Source: an uncultured Anaerolineales bacterium (lineage in GTDB: Bacteria > Chloroflexota > Anaerolineae > B4-G1 > SLSP01). Taken from it: a DNA stretch of 48,842 bases. The notes beneath the pieces were generated by a model. The model did not search any database. It was not told the origin of the DNA and saw nothing but the letters and a program-made list of their open reading frames with translations. This document shows, piece by piece, positions 18,245 through 27,927 of the stretch; within the stretch, counting starts at the first letter, position 1, and the number at the start of each line of letters is the position of its first letter. Where the stretch lies: assembly GCA_964516885.1 (NCBI GenBank), contig CAZEXX010000003.1, positions 1-48,842 of the forward strand, read 5' to 3'. Made by a program: the position numbers and the translations under genes.

Positions 18245-19225
18245 GTGTCGGAAACCACAGCACTATCGAGCCAGAAACTGATACCACTCGTCGCCATCGT
18301 GGGTCCTACCGCGATCGGCAAGACGGCCCTCGGTGTGGTCCTGGCCCAGCGCTTCAGCGGCGAGATCGTGTCGGCGGACTCACGCCAGTTCTACCGGCTG
18401 ATGGACATCGGCACCGCCAAGCCAACACCGGAAGAGCTCGCCGCGGCGCCGCATCACCTGATCAACATCGCCTATCCTGACGAAACCGTTGGACTGTCGC
18501 AGTTCCTGCAATTGGCACGAGAGGCCATCTCTGACATCGACAGGCGCGGCAAGCTCCCCCTGCTGGTTGGGGGCACCGGGCAATACATCCGCGCTCTGCT
18601 GCAGGGATGGCAGGTCCCCAATATTCCCCCGGACGAGGAGCTCCGCGCCGAGCTTGAGGCCAGGGCCAAAAGGGATCCCGATGGCATGTGGCAGCAGCTG
18701 ATGGCACTTGATCCAGAAGCCGAGGCGTTCATCGATCGCCGCAATCTCCGCCGCGTGATCCGCGCTCTGGAAGTTACCATCAAGTCGGGGCAGCCCTTTT
18801 CCTCGCTGCGCCGGCGGACACCGCCTCCCTTCCGTGTGCTAAGCCTCGGCCTGACTATGGATCGAGCCGCGCTCTATGAGCGTGCGGACACGCGTGTCGA
18901 CAAGATGATCGAGGCAGGCCTGCCGGCCGAGGTCCAAGATCTGGTGGACCGCGCTTACGGTTGGCGACTGCCGTCGATGTCGGGCCTGGGCTATATCCAG
19001 TTCCGGCCCTACATCGACACCGAGGGCTGCCTCGGCAAGATCAGCCTCGGCGAGGTCGTGGAACGCATCAAGATCGAAACCCATGATTTCATCCGGCGAC
19101 AGTACACGTGGTTCCGACCCAAGACCGCAGGCATTCATTGGCTGGACGCCCCTTCCCCCCAGCACCACGAGACAGCAGGCCACAAGGTCACGAGCTTCCT
19201 CGCCCAATCCGAACCAATATCTTGA
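18245..19225 (+). CDS. miaA: tRNA dimethylallyltransferase
   Basis: P-loop VAIVGPTAIGKT and SADSRQFYRLMDIGTAKPT. GTG start. Confidence 0.9.
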   Translation: MSETTALSSQKLIPLVAIVGPTAIGKTALGVVLAQRFSGEIVSADSRQFYRLMDIGTAKPTPEELAAAPHHLINIAYPDETVGLSQFLQLAREAISDIDRRGKLPLLVGGTGQYIRALLQGWQVPNIPPDEELRAELEARAKRDPDGMWQQLMALDPEAEAFIDRRNLRRVIRALEVTIKSGQPFSSLRRRTPPPFRVLSLGLTMDRAALYERADTRVDKMIEAGLPAEVQDLVDRAYGWRLPSMSGLGYIQFRPYIDTEGCLGKISLGEVVERIKIETHDFIRRQYTWFRPKTAGIHWLDAPSPQHHETAGHKVTSFLAQSEPIS

Positions 19226-19348
19226 CACGCAACCATGGCAGTGTATGATGCGTATGTCTGGGTTTGGTTTCAGCCAGGGACCTGACCACGTTGCTCAGTC
19301 GATGTCTTAGATCGCTTCCCTCTTCTCGTCGTGTGATCTGGAGGACTA

Positions 19349-22291
19349 TTGAACAGAACGTACCGCATCGAAGTCTTCTGGCGTGGGGGCGTGGATGGCC
19401 GGGTTACCGACCTCCTTGACCAGATTTCCCACCTCGGCATTGACATTGTACGACAGGCACGCATCATCAACCTCGCCTTCCTTCGTGGCACCCTGACCTC
19501 TACCCAGGTCGAGCGGATCGCCACCGATCTGTTGACTGACCCAGTCGTTGAGGGATTCCGCTGGAGCGAGATTCCCGAGCGAACCACGACGATCACACCA
19601 CAGGATATGGCCCCAACGCTGCACAGCGTCGAAGTCGGGTTTCACCCCGGGGCTACCGACCCCGTTGCGACGCACCTCCTCCACCGCGCCGGACTCCTGG
19701 GCATCGACGGCCTCTCAGCCGTGACCACAGGCACCCGCTATGAGTTGGAGAGTGATCCTGCGACCCCGCTGGGTGACAGCACTCTCCGCCGGCTGGCGGA
19801 CGAGCTTCTGTGCAACAAGGTCATCCAAAGCTACACGCTGGGGAGGATGACGCCCGAGTTCGTGCCGGACGCCGCCCCTAGCGATGCTGTGGATATCGTG
19901 CCCATCCGGGATCTCGACGATGAGGCGCTTGCCAAGCTGAGCATCTCGCGGGTGCTCTTCCTCTCACTGCCCGAGATGCACACCATCCAGGCCAAGTTCC
20001 GAGAACTCGAACGCGACCCAACGGATGTGGAGCTGGAGACGCTGGCGCAGACGTGGTCGGAGCACTGCCTGCACAAGACCTTCAAAGCCAAGATCAGCTA
20101 CCGGTGCAAGGGCGGCATGCCGCGCGTGGGTGTGCCCCCCCAACCGGAGAGAGAGACAATCCCCAGCCTCATCGGGACCTATCTGAAAGCGGCGACGGAC
20201 CAACTCGCCAAGCCCTGGGTGCGGTCAGCCTTCGTCGACAACGCCGGCATCATTGACTTCGACGAGACCTATGAGCTCTCCTTCAAGGCCGAAACGCACA
20301 ACCACCCCTCAGCACTGGAGCCCTTCGGCGGCGCCAATACGGGCATCGGCGGGGTGATCCGCGACATCATCGGCGTGTCGGCGCGTCCCATCGCCAACAC
20401 CGACGTGCTCTGCTTCGCCCCGCTCGACTTGCCTGACGATGAGATTCCCGAGGGCACACTGCACCCGCGGCGTATCGCCCGTGGCGTCGTCGCCGGTATT
20501 GAGGACTACGGCAACAAAATGGGCATCCCCACCGTCTCCGGGGCCATCCTTTACGATAAGGACTACGTCGCTAACCCGCTGGTCTACTGCGGATGCGTCG
20601 GGATTGCGCCGAAGAACTCCCACCCCCGGCATCCGAATCCGGGCGATTGTGTCGTCTCGCTGGGAGGGCGCACCGGGCGCGACGGGCTCCACGGCGCCAC
20701 CTTCTCCTCGGCGGAGCTGACCTATGAGACAGGTCAGATTGTCGGCAGCGTGGTCCAGATCGGCGATCCGATCACCGAGAAGGCCACCCTCGACGCCATC
20801 ATGCAGGCGCGGGATGAGGGCCTCTACACGGCGATCACCGACTGCGGCGCCGGTGGATTCTCATCCTCCATCGGCGAGATGGGCGAGGACGTCGGCGTGG
20901 ATGTCGACCTTCGCGAGGTCCCGCTTAAGTACCCCGGGCTGCGCCCCTGGGAGATCTGGCTGTCAGAGGCGCAGGAACGTATGGTGATCGGCGTCCCAGA
21001 GGAGAATCTCGACCGGCTTGGCGAGATCTGTGCGATTTACGACGTCGAATGGACCGTCGTGGGTCGATTCACCGGTGACGGCATGCTGCATGTGCGCTAC
21101 GGCGACAAGGTCGTGGCCGATCTTCCGATGGACTTCGTGCACAACGGCTGGCCGCGGATGACCTTCGACGCCGTCTGGGAGCCGCCCGTGTTGCCCAAAC
21201 CGGTGCTCCCCACCACCGGTGACCTGACCTGCACCTTGCTGAGCGCGCTGGCACACCCTGACGTAGCCAGCAAAGAAGAGGTCATCCGCCGTTACGACCA
21301 CGAGGTCCAGGGCGCCACCATTGGGAAGCCGCTGGTGGGTGTGGCCGATGATGGCCCGGCAGACGCCGCCGTCCTGCATCCCCTGATGACCGCTGGCATG
21401 AAGGGCCTCGCTCTGGGGTGCGGTATCAACCCCCATTACGGCAAAGTCGATCCCTATGCGATGGCCTGGGCCGTCGTAGATGAGGCGTTGCGCAACATCG
21501 TCTGCGTGGGCGCCGATCCAGACCGTGTCGCGCTATTGGACAACTTCTGCTGGGGCAACCCGGCCCTTCCCGACCGCTTGGGCGGATTGGTCCGCGCCAC
21601 CCAGGGCTGCCACGACGCCGCCCTGGCCTACGGCACGCCCTTCATCTCCGGCAAGGATAGCCTCAACAACGAGTTCGTTGCCGCGGACGGCGATAAACGC
21701 ACCATTCCGCCGACGCTGCTCATCTCCTCCTTGGGCATCGTGCCTGACGTTCGCGATGCCGTCACGATGGACCTGAAGCGGCCTGGCAGCCTGATCTACC
21801 TCGTGGGTGAGACGCGACAGGAGCTCGGAGGCTCCCTGTATCACAGGCTCTACGGGGGCCTGGACGGGGCACCCCCGGCGCCGGTGCCGCAAGCGGTAGC
21901 CACGCTGCGCGCCCTGCATCACGCGATCAAGGTCGAGCTCATCCGCGCCATCCACGATCTCTCCGAAGGTGGGCTGGCGGTCGCCGCCGCCGAGATGTGC
22001 ATCGCCGGACGATGTGGGCTGCGGCTCGCCTTGGACGCCATCGTCCGGAGCGCCGACGTCACCACGGATGCAGCCGCGCTCTTCTCCGAGAGCAGCACGC
22101 GCTTCCTGGTCGAGCTCGCACCAGAGGACGCCGCGGCCTTCGAAGCATGCCTGAAGGGCGTACCCTTCGCCCGCATCGGCAAGGTCGGGGGCCAACAAAC
22201 TCTACAGATCCAGGGCTTCAGCGGCGATGTGGTGGTCCAGGCCACCGTCAGCGATCTTGCCCAGACGTGGCAATCAGCCGAGATTGTATAG
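19349..22291 (+). CDS. purL: phosphoribosylformylglycinamidine synthase, PurS-PurS-PurL fusion
   Basis: 980 aa. Two N-terminal PurS-like repeats (ending LLTDPVVEGF and LLCNKVIQSY), then the PurL core (WSEHCLHKTF, ETHNHPSALEPFGGANTGIGGVIRD, FISGKDSLNNEF). TTG start 6 nt after GGAGGA. Confidence 0.93.
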   Translation: MNRTYRIEVFWRGGVDGRVTDLLDQISHLGIDIVRQARIINLAFLRGTLTSTQVERIATDLLTDPVVEGFRWSEIPERTTTITPQDMAPTLHSVEVGFHPGATDPVATHLLHRAGLLGIDGLSAVTTGTRYELESDPATPLGDSTLRRLADELLCNKVIQSYTLGRMTPEFVPDAAPSDAVDIVPIRDLDDEALAKLSISRVLFLSLPEMHTIQAKFRELERDPTDVELETLAQTWSEHCLHKTFKAKISYRCKGGMPRVGVPPQPERETIPSLIGTYLKAATDQLAKPWVRSAFVDNAGIIDFDETYELSFKAETHNHPSALEPFGGANTGIGGVIRDIIGVSARPIANTDVLCFAPLDLPDDEIPEGTLHPRRIARGVVAGIEDYGNKMGIPTVSGAILYDKDYVANPLVYCGCVGIAPKNSHPRHPNPGDCVVSLGGRTGRDGLHGATFSSAELTYETGQIVGSVVQIGDPITEKATLDAIMQARDEGLYTAITDCGAGGFSSSIGEMGEDVGVDVDLREVPLKYPGLRPWEIWLSEAQERMVIGVPEENLDRLGEICAIYDVEWTVVGRFTGDGMLHVRYGDKVVADLPMDFVHNGWPRMTFDAVWEPPVLPKPVLPTTGDLTCTLLSALAHPDVASKEEVIRRYDHEVQGATIGKPLVGVADDGPADAAVLHPLMTAGMKGLALGCGINPHYGKVDPYAMAWAVVDEALRNIVCVGADPDRVALLDNFCWGNPALPDRLGGLVRATQGCHDAALAYGTPFISGKDSLNNEFVAADGDKRTIPPTLLISSLGIVPDVRDAVTMDLKRPGSLIYLVGETRQELGGSLYHRLYGGLDGAPPAPVPQAVATLRALHHAIKVELIRAIHDLSEGGLAVAAAEMCIAGRCGLRLALDAIVRSADVTTDAAALFSESSTRFLVELAPEDAAAFEACLKGVPFARIGKVGGQQTLQIQGFSGDVVVQATVSDLAQTWQSAEIV

Positions 22292-22318
22292 CGTAGCGCC
22301 GAGACGAGAAAAGAGACG

Positions 22319-23095
22319 ATGACCCAGCCAAGCGTTCTGATACTTCAGGCCACCGGTACAAACCGCGATGGCGACGCCGCGTACGCGGTTGAGTTGGCGG
22401 GGGGACACCCCGTAGTGCTCCACGTCAACGAACTCCGTGAGGATACTAGTATCCTGCACGAACACCAGATGCTCGTGTTGCCGGGCGGGTTCTCTTACGG
22501 CGACGCTCTCGGCGCCGGGCGCCTCCTGGCCACCGATCTTCGATGGCTCTTCCAAGATGAAATGGCCGCGTTTGTGGATGCCGGCAAGCCGGTGATCGGC
22601 ATCTGCAACGGCTTCCAGGCGCTGGTCAAGAGCGGCTGGTTACCGGGACCACCCGACGGCCAAGCCAAAGCCACATTGACCCGCAATATGTCCAACCGCT
22701 TCGAGTGTCGCTGGATCTGGCTCACCCCGGATTCCAACAGCCCCTGCATCTTCACCCGAGGGCTGACAGAACGGATCACCTGCCCGGTCGCCCACGGCGA
22801 GGGCCGGTTTGTACCGCGGGATGAGGCCGTGCTCACCCAGCTTGAAGCCAACCACCAGATCAGCGTGACCTACACCAAAGCCGATGGCAGCGCGGCGACC
22901 TATCCCGATAACCCCAACGGCTCCACAGCCGCTATTGCCGGCATCTGCAATGCGAACGGCACCGTTTTCGGCCTAATGCCACATCCCGAGGATCACATCC
23001 TCCCCGAGCAGCACCCACGCCACACCCGCGGCGAAGGCGGCAACCTTGGCCTCGCGTTATTCGAGCAGGGAATCCGGTACGCTGCCGCATTGTAG
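22319..23095 (+). CDS. purQ: phosphoribosylformylglycinamidine synthase glutaminase subunit
   Basis: GICNGFQALVKSG (catalytic Cys), VAHGEGRF, GLMPHPE. Confidence 0.93.
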   Translation: MTQPSVLILQATGTNRDGDAAYAVELAGGHPVVLHVNELREDTSILHEHQMLVLPGGFSYGDALGAGRLLATDLRWLFQDEMAAFVDAGKPVIGICNGFQALVKSGWLPGPPDGQAKATLTRNMSNRFECRWIWLTPDSNSPCIFTRGLTERITCPVAHGEGRFVPRDEAVLTQLEANHQISVTYTKADGSAATYPDNPNGSTAAIAGICNANGTVFGLMPHPEDHILPEQHPRHTRGEGGNLGLALFEQGIRYAAAL

Positions 23096-23171
23096 ACAGG
23101 ATCATTCAGTCACCACCATCGGGCGCTATACACTGCCCCCTGGTCTTGAATCCGAAAATCAAGGAGGCTGT

Positions 23172-24128
23172 GTGCTAGACCTAGCCACATTGACCGAGAA
23201 GATCCCCCAGGCCCTTCGCGACCTGGATGTCCAGTGGCCCCACGCGCACACCAGCGGGAAGGTCCGCGAGTCGTATAGCCTGCCGGACCAGCGGCGACTT
23301 CTTGTCACCACCGATCGCCTGTCCGCGTTTGATGTGGTTCTGGCTGCCCTGCCCTACAAGGGCCAGGTCCTCAACCAGCTCAGCGCTTTTTGGTTCGAGA
23401 AGACCGCCGACGTCGTGGCGAGCCACCTGTTGGACGTTCCCGACCCCAACGTCAGCCTCGTCCACGAGTGCAAACCGCTGCCCGTCGAGGTCATCGTCCG
23501 CGGCTACATCACCGGATCGACCAAGACCGCCCTCTGGACGCTCTACGACGCGGGCAATCGCGAGATCTATGGGTACAGATTCCCCGCGGGGCTGAAGAAG
23601 AACGACCGCCTGCCGGAACCGATTATCACGCCCACGACCAAGGCCGGCCCCGGTGAACACGACGAGCGCCTGACAGTAGCCGAGGTCACGGAGCGCGGCT
23701 TCCTGGATGAGGCAACCTGGGCCGCAGTGAAAGAGGCCGCCCTGGCGATCTTCAAGCGCGGCCAAGCCGTTGCCCAGGCTGCGGGCTTCTGCCTCGTGGA
23801 CACCAAGTACGAGTTCGGCCACGATCCCGACGGTAACCTGGTCCTTATCGACGAGGTCCACACACCGGACTCCAGCCGCTTCTGGAAAGCCGACACGATG
23901 GATCAGCCCCGGCCAGACCAGTGGGACAAGGAATACGTCCGCCTGTGGTACGCAAGGCAGAACTACCGCGGCGACGGCACGCCGCCCGCGCTGCCTGAGC
24001 ACGTCATCGCCGAGGCCGCCCGCCGCTATATTGTCCTCTATGAGGGCCTGACCGGCCGGACGTTCGAGCCCGCGACCTATCCCGCCGCATCACGCATAGC
24101 CGGCGTACTGGCGTCGTATCTGAAGTAG
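23172..24128 (+). CDS. purC: phosphoribosylaminoimidazole-succinocarboxamide (SAICAR) synthase, long form
   Basis: GKVRESYSL, LLVTTDRLSAFD, LVDTKYEFG, IDEVHTPDSSRFW. GTG 23172 is 4 nt after AAGGAGG; the ORF track starts at 23046, overlapping purQ. Confidence 0.9.
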   Translation: MLDLATLTEKIPQALRDLDVQWPHAHTSGKVRESYSLPDQRRLLVTTDRLSAFDVVLAALPYKGQVLNQLSAFWFEKTADVVASHLLDVPDPNVSLVHECKPLPVEVIVRGYITGSTKTALWTLYDAGNREIYGYRFPAGLKKNDRLPEPIITPTTKAGPGEHDERLTVAEVTERGFLDEATWAAVKEAALAIFKRGQAVAQAAGFCLVDTKYEFGHDPDGNLVLIDEVHTPDSSRFWKADTMDQPRPDQWDKEYVRLWYARQNYRGDGTPPALPEHVIAEAARRYIVLYEGLTGRTFEPATYPAASRIAGVLASYLK

Positions 24129-24304
24129 GTCACTACCATTGCCGCGCACTGGGCAGAACGAGATGGCATTCCCGCAGAGAGAGAGCGCCGGGAGTCGAGC
24201 TCTGCTTGTGACGGTGTCATACTCGGCCGTGCCGAGGCCCGAGCCCGTCTTTGTGTTGAGCGTTTCGCATAGGGGCCAGTCTCAGCCCCGCAATAGGAGA
24301 CACG

Positions 24305-25885
24305 ATGGTCACGATTCCTCTCTATAGCATCTACGACTTCGCCCTCCAGAGCGAGACAGAGCACGATAACCCGTTCCGGGTGGCACTTTCGGCGACGTTC
24401 GAACACGACTCAGGGGCCAAGATCGAGCGCGTGCCCGGTTTCTACGACGGTGACGACGAGTTCGTCATCCGCTTCAGCCCCCCGTTGGAGGGCCAATGGC
24501 GCGGCAGGACAGAGTCCGAGGACCCCGTCCTGTCCGGCATCTGGCTCGAGCCCATCACCGTGACACCCAAGGTGACCCTGCAGGCCCACGGTGTCGTCAG
24601 CATCGATCCAGCCCACCCGCAACGCTTTGCCTGGGAGGACGGCACCCCCTTCCTCTATCTGGGCTTTGAGTGCGACTGGCTCTTCGCCTATCACCAGAAG
24701 GAGCCGGCGCGGTGCGAGCGGCACGTCGAGCTCGTGGCCAACCGCGGCTTCAACACCTTCGTGATGAACATCTACGCCCACACAGGCTTCTCGGATGCCG
24801 CATCCAGCTTTGAGGGCGATGTTATCCCCGGCACCATCTACGCCCCGCCGGATATCTACGTCTTCGGCGGCACCAACGATGGGCCCGACCACACACACCT
24901 CAACGTCGACTTCTTCAAGGATTACGACCTGATGATGCGGCAGCTCCACGAGCTAGGCATCGTGGCCCATCTGATGCTGCAGGTCCAGAACAAGCACGTC
25001 AACTGGCCCGCCCGTGATTCGGAAGAGGACAATACGTACTGGCGCTACGTCGTCGCACGGTACCAGGCCTTCGGCAACGTGATCTGGGACATCGGCAAGG
25101 AGAGCTACAATCTGCTGGGCGAGACCGGCAGCCACGACTACACCGTCGAGCGCATGGCCCTGATCCGGGAGAACGATGCCTACGACCATCTCGTCACCGT
25201 CCACGACCCTGTGGCCGGCAGTGCGGGCCGGGTCTCCGCAGCGGACGTGGCTGCCGACTTCGTCTCTGACCAAGTCCACCTGGCGGACGTTGACGGCTAC
25301 AACCGCGAGGCGCTGCGCAAGCAGCAACTGCTGGCCAAGCCCTATCTCAACATCGAGTACGGCTACGAGCTGGGCGCCGATGACCTGAAGACCTACAAGA
25401 GCCGCACAACGGCGCCCTGGCTGGACGTGCTCAAGTGGACCTACGCACTCTATCTGGCCGGCGCCTACCCCTGCTACTACTACTCCAACACTTCCTGGGA
25501 CCTGATCAAATTCGAGCCGGAGCCTGAAGGATGGTCACGCTATCAGACCCTGATGGCACTTCTGGGACAGTTACCCTTCAACGAGATGCAGCCGGCGAAT
25601 AATCTGGTGGGGCGCGGCACGTGCCTCGCAGATCCGGGCAAGGCCTACCTGATCTATCTGCCGGACGGCGGCGATGCCAACATCGACCTGACCGCGATCC
25701 CCTGCCCCACCGGGCCGCGGGGTCAACTTCTCCAGGGCGAGCACCCCATCACCGCCAGTTGGATGGACATTGCCACTGGCGAGCGCCGCGACGTCGAAAT
25801 CTGCGAGTGGAACTGGGGGACACGCGTCGCCAATCCGTTCGAGGACAAAGAAAAACCCGTCGTGTTAACGATCTTGGTTGAATAG
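24305..25885 (+). CDS. putative glycoside hydrolase (DUF5060-like N-domain plus DUF4038/GH140-like TIM-barrel)
   Basis: 526 aa. The N-terminus NPFRVALSATFEHDSG..VPGFYDGDDEFVIRFSP resembles DUF5060, and the remainder resembles the DUF4038 barrel. Assigned from memory of these families, not from a search. Confidence 0.55.
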   Translation: MVTIPLYSIYDFALQSETEHDNPFRVALSATFEHDSGAKIERVPGFYDGDDEFVIRFSPPLEGQWRGRTESEDPVLSGIWLEPITVTPKVTLQAHGVVSIDPAHPQRFAWEDGTPFLYLGFECDWLFAYHQKEPARCERHVELVANRGFNTFVMNIYAHTGFSDAASSFEGDVIPGTIYAPPDIYVFGGTNDGPDHTHLNVDFFKDYDLMMRQLHELGIVAHLMLQVQNKHVNWPARDSEEDNTYWRYVVARYQAFGNVIWDIGKESYNLLGETGSHDYTVERMALIRENDAYDHLVTVHDPVAGSAGRVSAADVAADFVSDQVHLADVDGYNREALRKQQLLAKPYLNIEYGYELGADDLKTYKSRTTAPWLDVLKWTYALYLAGAYPCYYYSNTSWDLIKFEPEPEGWSRYQTLMALLGQLPFNEMQPANNLVGRGTCLADPGKAYLIYLPDGGDANIDLTAIPCPTGPRGQLLQGEHPITASWMDIATGERRDVEICEWNWGTRVANPFEDKEKPVVLTILVE

Positions 25886-25896
25886 AGAGGAAATCC

Positions 25897-26367
25897 ATGC
25901 TAGCAATCGTATTGATGGGATCACCCAGTGATCGAGACTTCGCCGGGAGGATCACGGATGCACTGGAAAGCTACGGCATTCCATGGGAGACGCGCATCGC
26001 CTCGGCCCACAAAACACCCCAGTACCTGTTGGACGCACTGGCTAGATACGAAGCCGACCCACAACCCAAGGTCTTTATCACGATCGCAGGGCGCAGCAAC
26101 GCACTCAGCGGCATGGTCGACGCCGCAGTTGCCGCGCCGGTCATCGCCTGCCCACCCTACTCGGACAAGTTCGGGGGCGCCGACATCTACTCCTCCATGC
26201 GCACTCCATCGGGAGTCGCTCCCGCGGTGGTACTGGAACCCAAAAACGCAGCGCTTCTGGCTGCCAAGATCCTCAGCCTGGCCGACGCCGATGTCGCCGA
26301 ACGCGTACGTGAGGCTCAGGCGGAACAACGCCGGCGCCTCTATGACGCGGACCAGAGCGAACGTTGA
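25897..26367 (+). CDS. purE: AIR carboxylase, class II PurE-like
   Basis: VLMGSPSD, SAHKTP, AGRSNALSGMV and PVIACPP parallel the animal PAICS AIRc domain (AGRSNGLGPV..PVISCPP) rather than class I AGGAAHLPGMV. Confidence 0.85.
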   Translation: MLAIVLMGSPSDRDFAGRITDALESYGIPWETRIASAHKTPQYLLDALARYEADPQPKVFITIAGRSNALSGMVDAAVAAPVIACPPYSDKFGGADIYSSMRTPSGVAPAVVLEPKNAALLAAKILSLADADVAERVREAQAEQRRRLYDADQSER

Positions 26368-26438
26368 ACGTGGACCAGCTGAGAAATATAGAGGACCTAA
26401 TGTCACCGGGGAAATCACCAACACCTGGGAGTGATACA

Positions 26439-27863
26439 ATGGTCAATGTCGCAACCGCTGAGCGACAGGACGACAAGCCCCACGAGGCCTGCGGCGTCTG
26501 TGGCATCTTTGCCCCGGGCATGGAGGTCGCCAGAATGACCTTCTTCGCCCTCTACGCCCTGCAGCATCGGGGTCAGGAGAGCGGCGGGATCTGCACCGTC
26601 GAGCGGGGGATCGCCCATATTCATAAAGGATTGGGCTTGGTCTCTCAGATCTTCAACGAGGACAACCTGCAAGTGCTGCGTGGCAATCACGGTATCGGCC
26701 ACAACCGGTACTCCACCACAGGCAGCAGCCTCCGGCTGACCAACGCCCAGCCCTACCTGATTGAGACGGCGCTTGGACCTCTTGGCGTCGCCCACAACGG
26801 CAACCTGACCAACACCCCCTCTCTGCGGCGGGATCTCCTCCAGCACGGCGTCGGCCTGATCTCCTCCTCTGATAGTGAAGTGATCACGCAGATGCTGGCC
26901 GGCGCCGACGGCGCCACGTGGGAGGAGCGCATCCAGGACTTCATGACCCGAGCCCAGGGCGCCTACTCCCTCACCATTCTGACCAAAGACGCCATCTATG
27001 CCGTCCGGGATCCGTGGGGTTTCCGCCCGCTCTGTCTGGGCCGCTTCAACAGCCAGGGCTGGGTCGTTGCCTCCGAGTCCTGTGCCCTCGGCACGATCGA
27101 CGCCACCTATGAGCGCGAGATCCAACCGGGTGAGATTGTGCGCCTGGACTGCAACGGCGTGACCTCGTGGCAGACGGAACCGGCGGCGAGGTCGGCAATG
27201 TGTATCTTCGAATACGTCTACTTCGCCCGTCCCGACTCGGTGATGGAGGGCCGTTCGGTGCACAGCGTTCGCAGAAAGATGGGTGCACGGCTGGCACGGG
27301 AGCATCCGGTCCAGGGCGATATGGTGATCGGCGTACCCGACTCGGCGACCGCGCATGCTATCGGCTACGCCAACGAAGCCAACATCCCCTACGGCGAAGG
27401 CTTGATCAAGAATCGCTACATCGGGCGGACCTTCATTCAGCCGGACGCACGGCTGCGGCGGCGCAAGGTGGCCCTCAAATATAACGCGCTTCCGGATTTG
27501 GTTGGCAAGCGCATTGTGTTGGTCGATGACTCCATCGTACGTGGCACGACCAGCGGCCCGATTGTCGCGCTCTTACGGCAAGCCGGGGCCAGGGAAATCC
27601 ATATGCGCGTGGCATCACCACCCATCCGCTTCGCCTGCTTCATGGGCGTGGATATGGCCACCCGGCAAGAGCTCATTGCCGCGCAGATGTCAGTGGACGA
27701 AATCGCCAGCCACATCGGTGTGGACAGCCTGGCCTATCTATCGCTGGATAGCCTGCGAAGCGTCGTACCTTTCGAGGGCGAGGCACACTGCCAGGCCTGT
27801 TTCAGCGGCGACTACCCCGTGGACGTCGAGGGAAGCGGCGGCAAAGAAGCCTTTGAGTGCTAG
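26439..27863 (+). CDS. purF: amidophosphoribosyltransferase
   Basis: Propeptide then CGVCGIF. GIGHNRYSTTG, VAHNGNLTN, VLVDDSIVRGTT, and C-terminal Cys cluster HCQACFSGDYP. Start uncertain: ATG 26439 (GGGAG +7), ATG 26400 (GAGGA +5) or TTG 26364 overlapping the purE stop. Confidence 0.92.
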   Translation: MVNVATAERQDDKPHEACGVCGIFAPGMEVARMTFFALYALQHRGQESGGICTVERGIAHIHKGLGLVSQIFNEDNLQVLRGNHGIGHNRYSTTGSSLRLTNAQPYLIETALGPLGVAHNGNLTNTPSLRRDLLQHGVGLISSSDSEVITQMLAGADGATWEERIQDFMTRAQGAYSLTILTKDAIYAVRDPWGFRPLCLGRFNSQGWVVASESCALGTIDATYEREIQPGEIVRLDCNGVTSWQTEPAARSAMCIFEYVYFARPDSVMEGRSVHSVRRKMGARLAREHPVQGDMVIGVPDSATAHAIGYANEANIPYGEGLIKNRYIGRTFIQPDARLRRRKVALKYNALPDLVGKRIVLVDDSIVRGTTSGPIVALLRQAGAREIHMRVASPPIRFACFMGVDMATRQELIAAQMSVDEIASHIGVDSLAYLSLDSLRSVVPFEGEAHCQACFSGDYPVDVEGSGGKEAFEC

Positions 27864-27927
27864 CTCGAGTGACGCTCGCGCTGTCAACCAGATTGGCCGA
27901 GCCTAGAGTCTAAGAGTAAGGAGAGCT

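Noticed and set aside
19226-19348. A purine or ZTP riboswitch ahead of the pur operon
   Set aside because: The 123-nt spacer shows neither the guanine-riboswitch core nor the ZTP (pfl) motifs.
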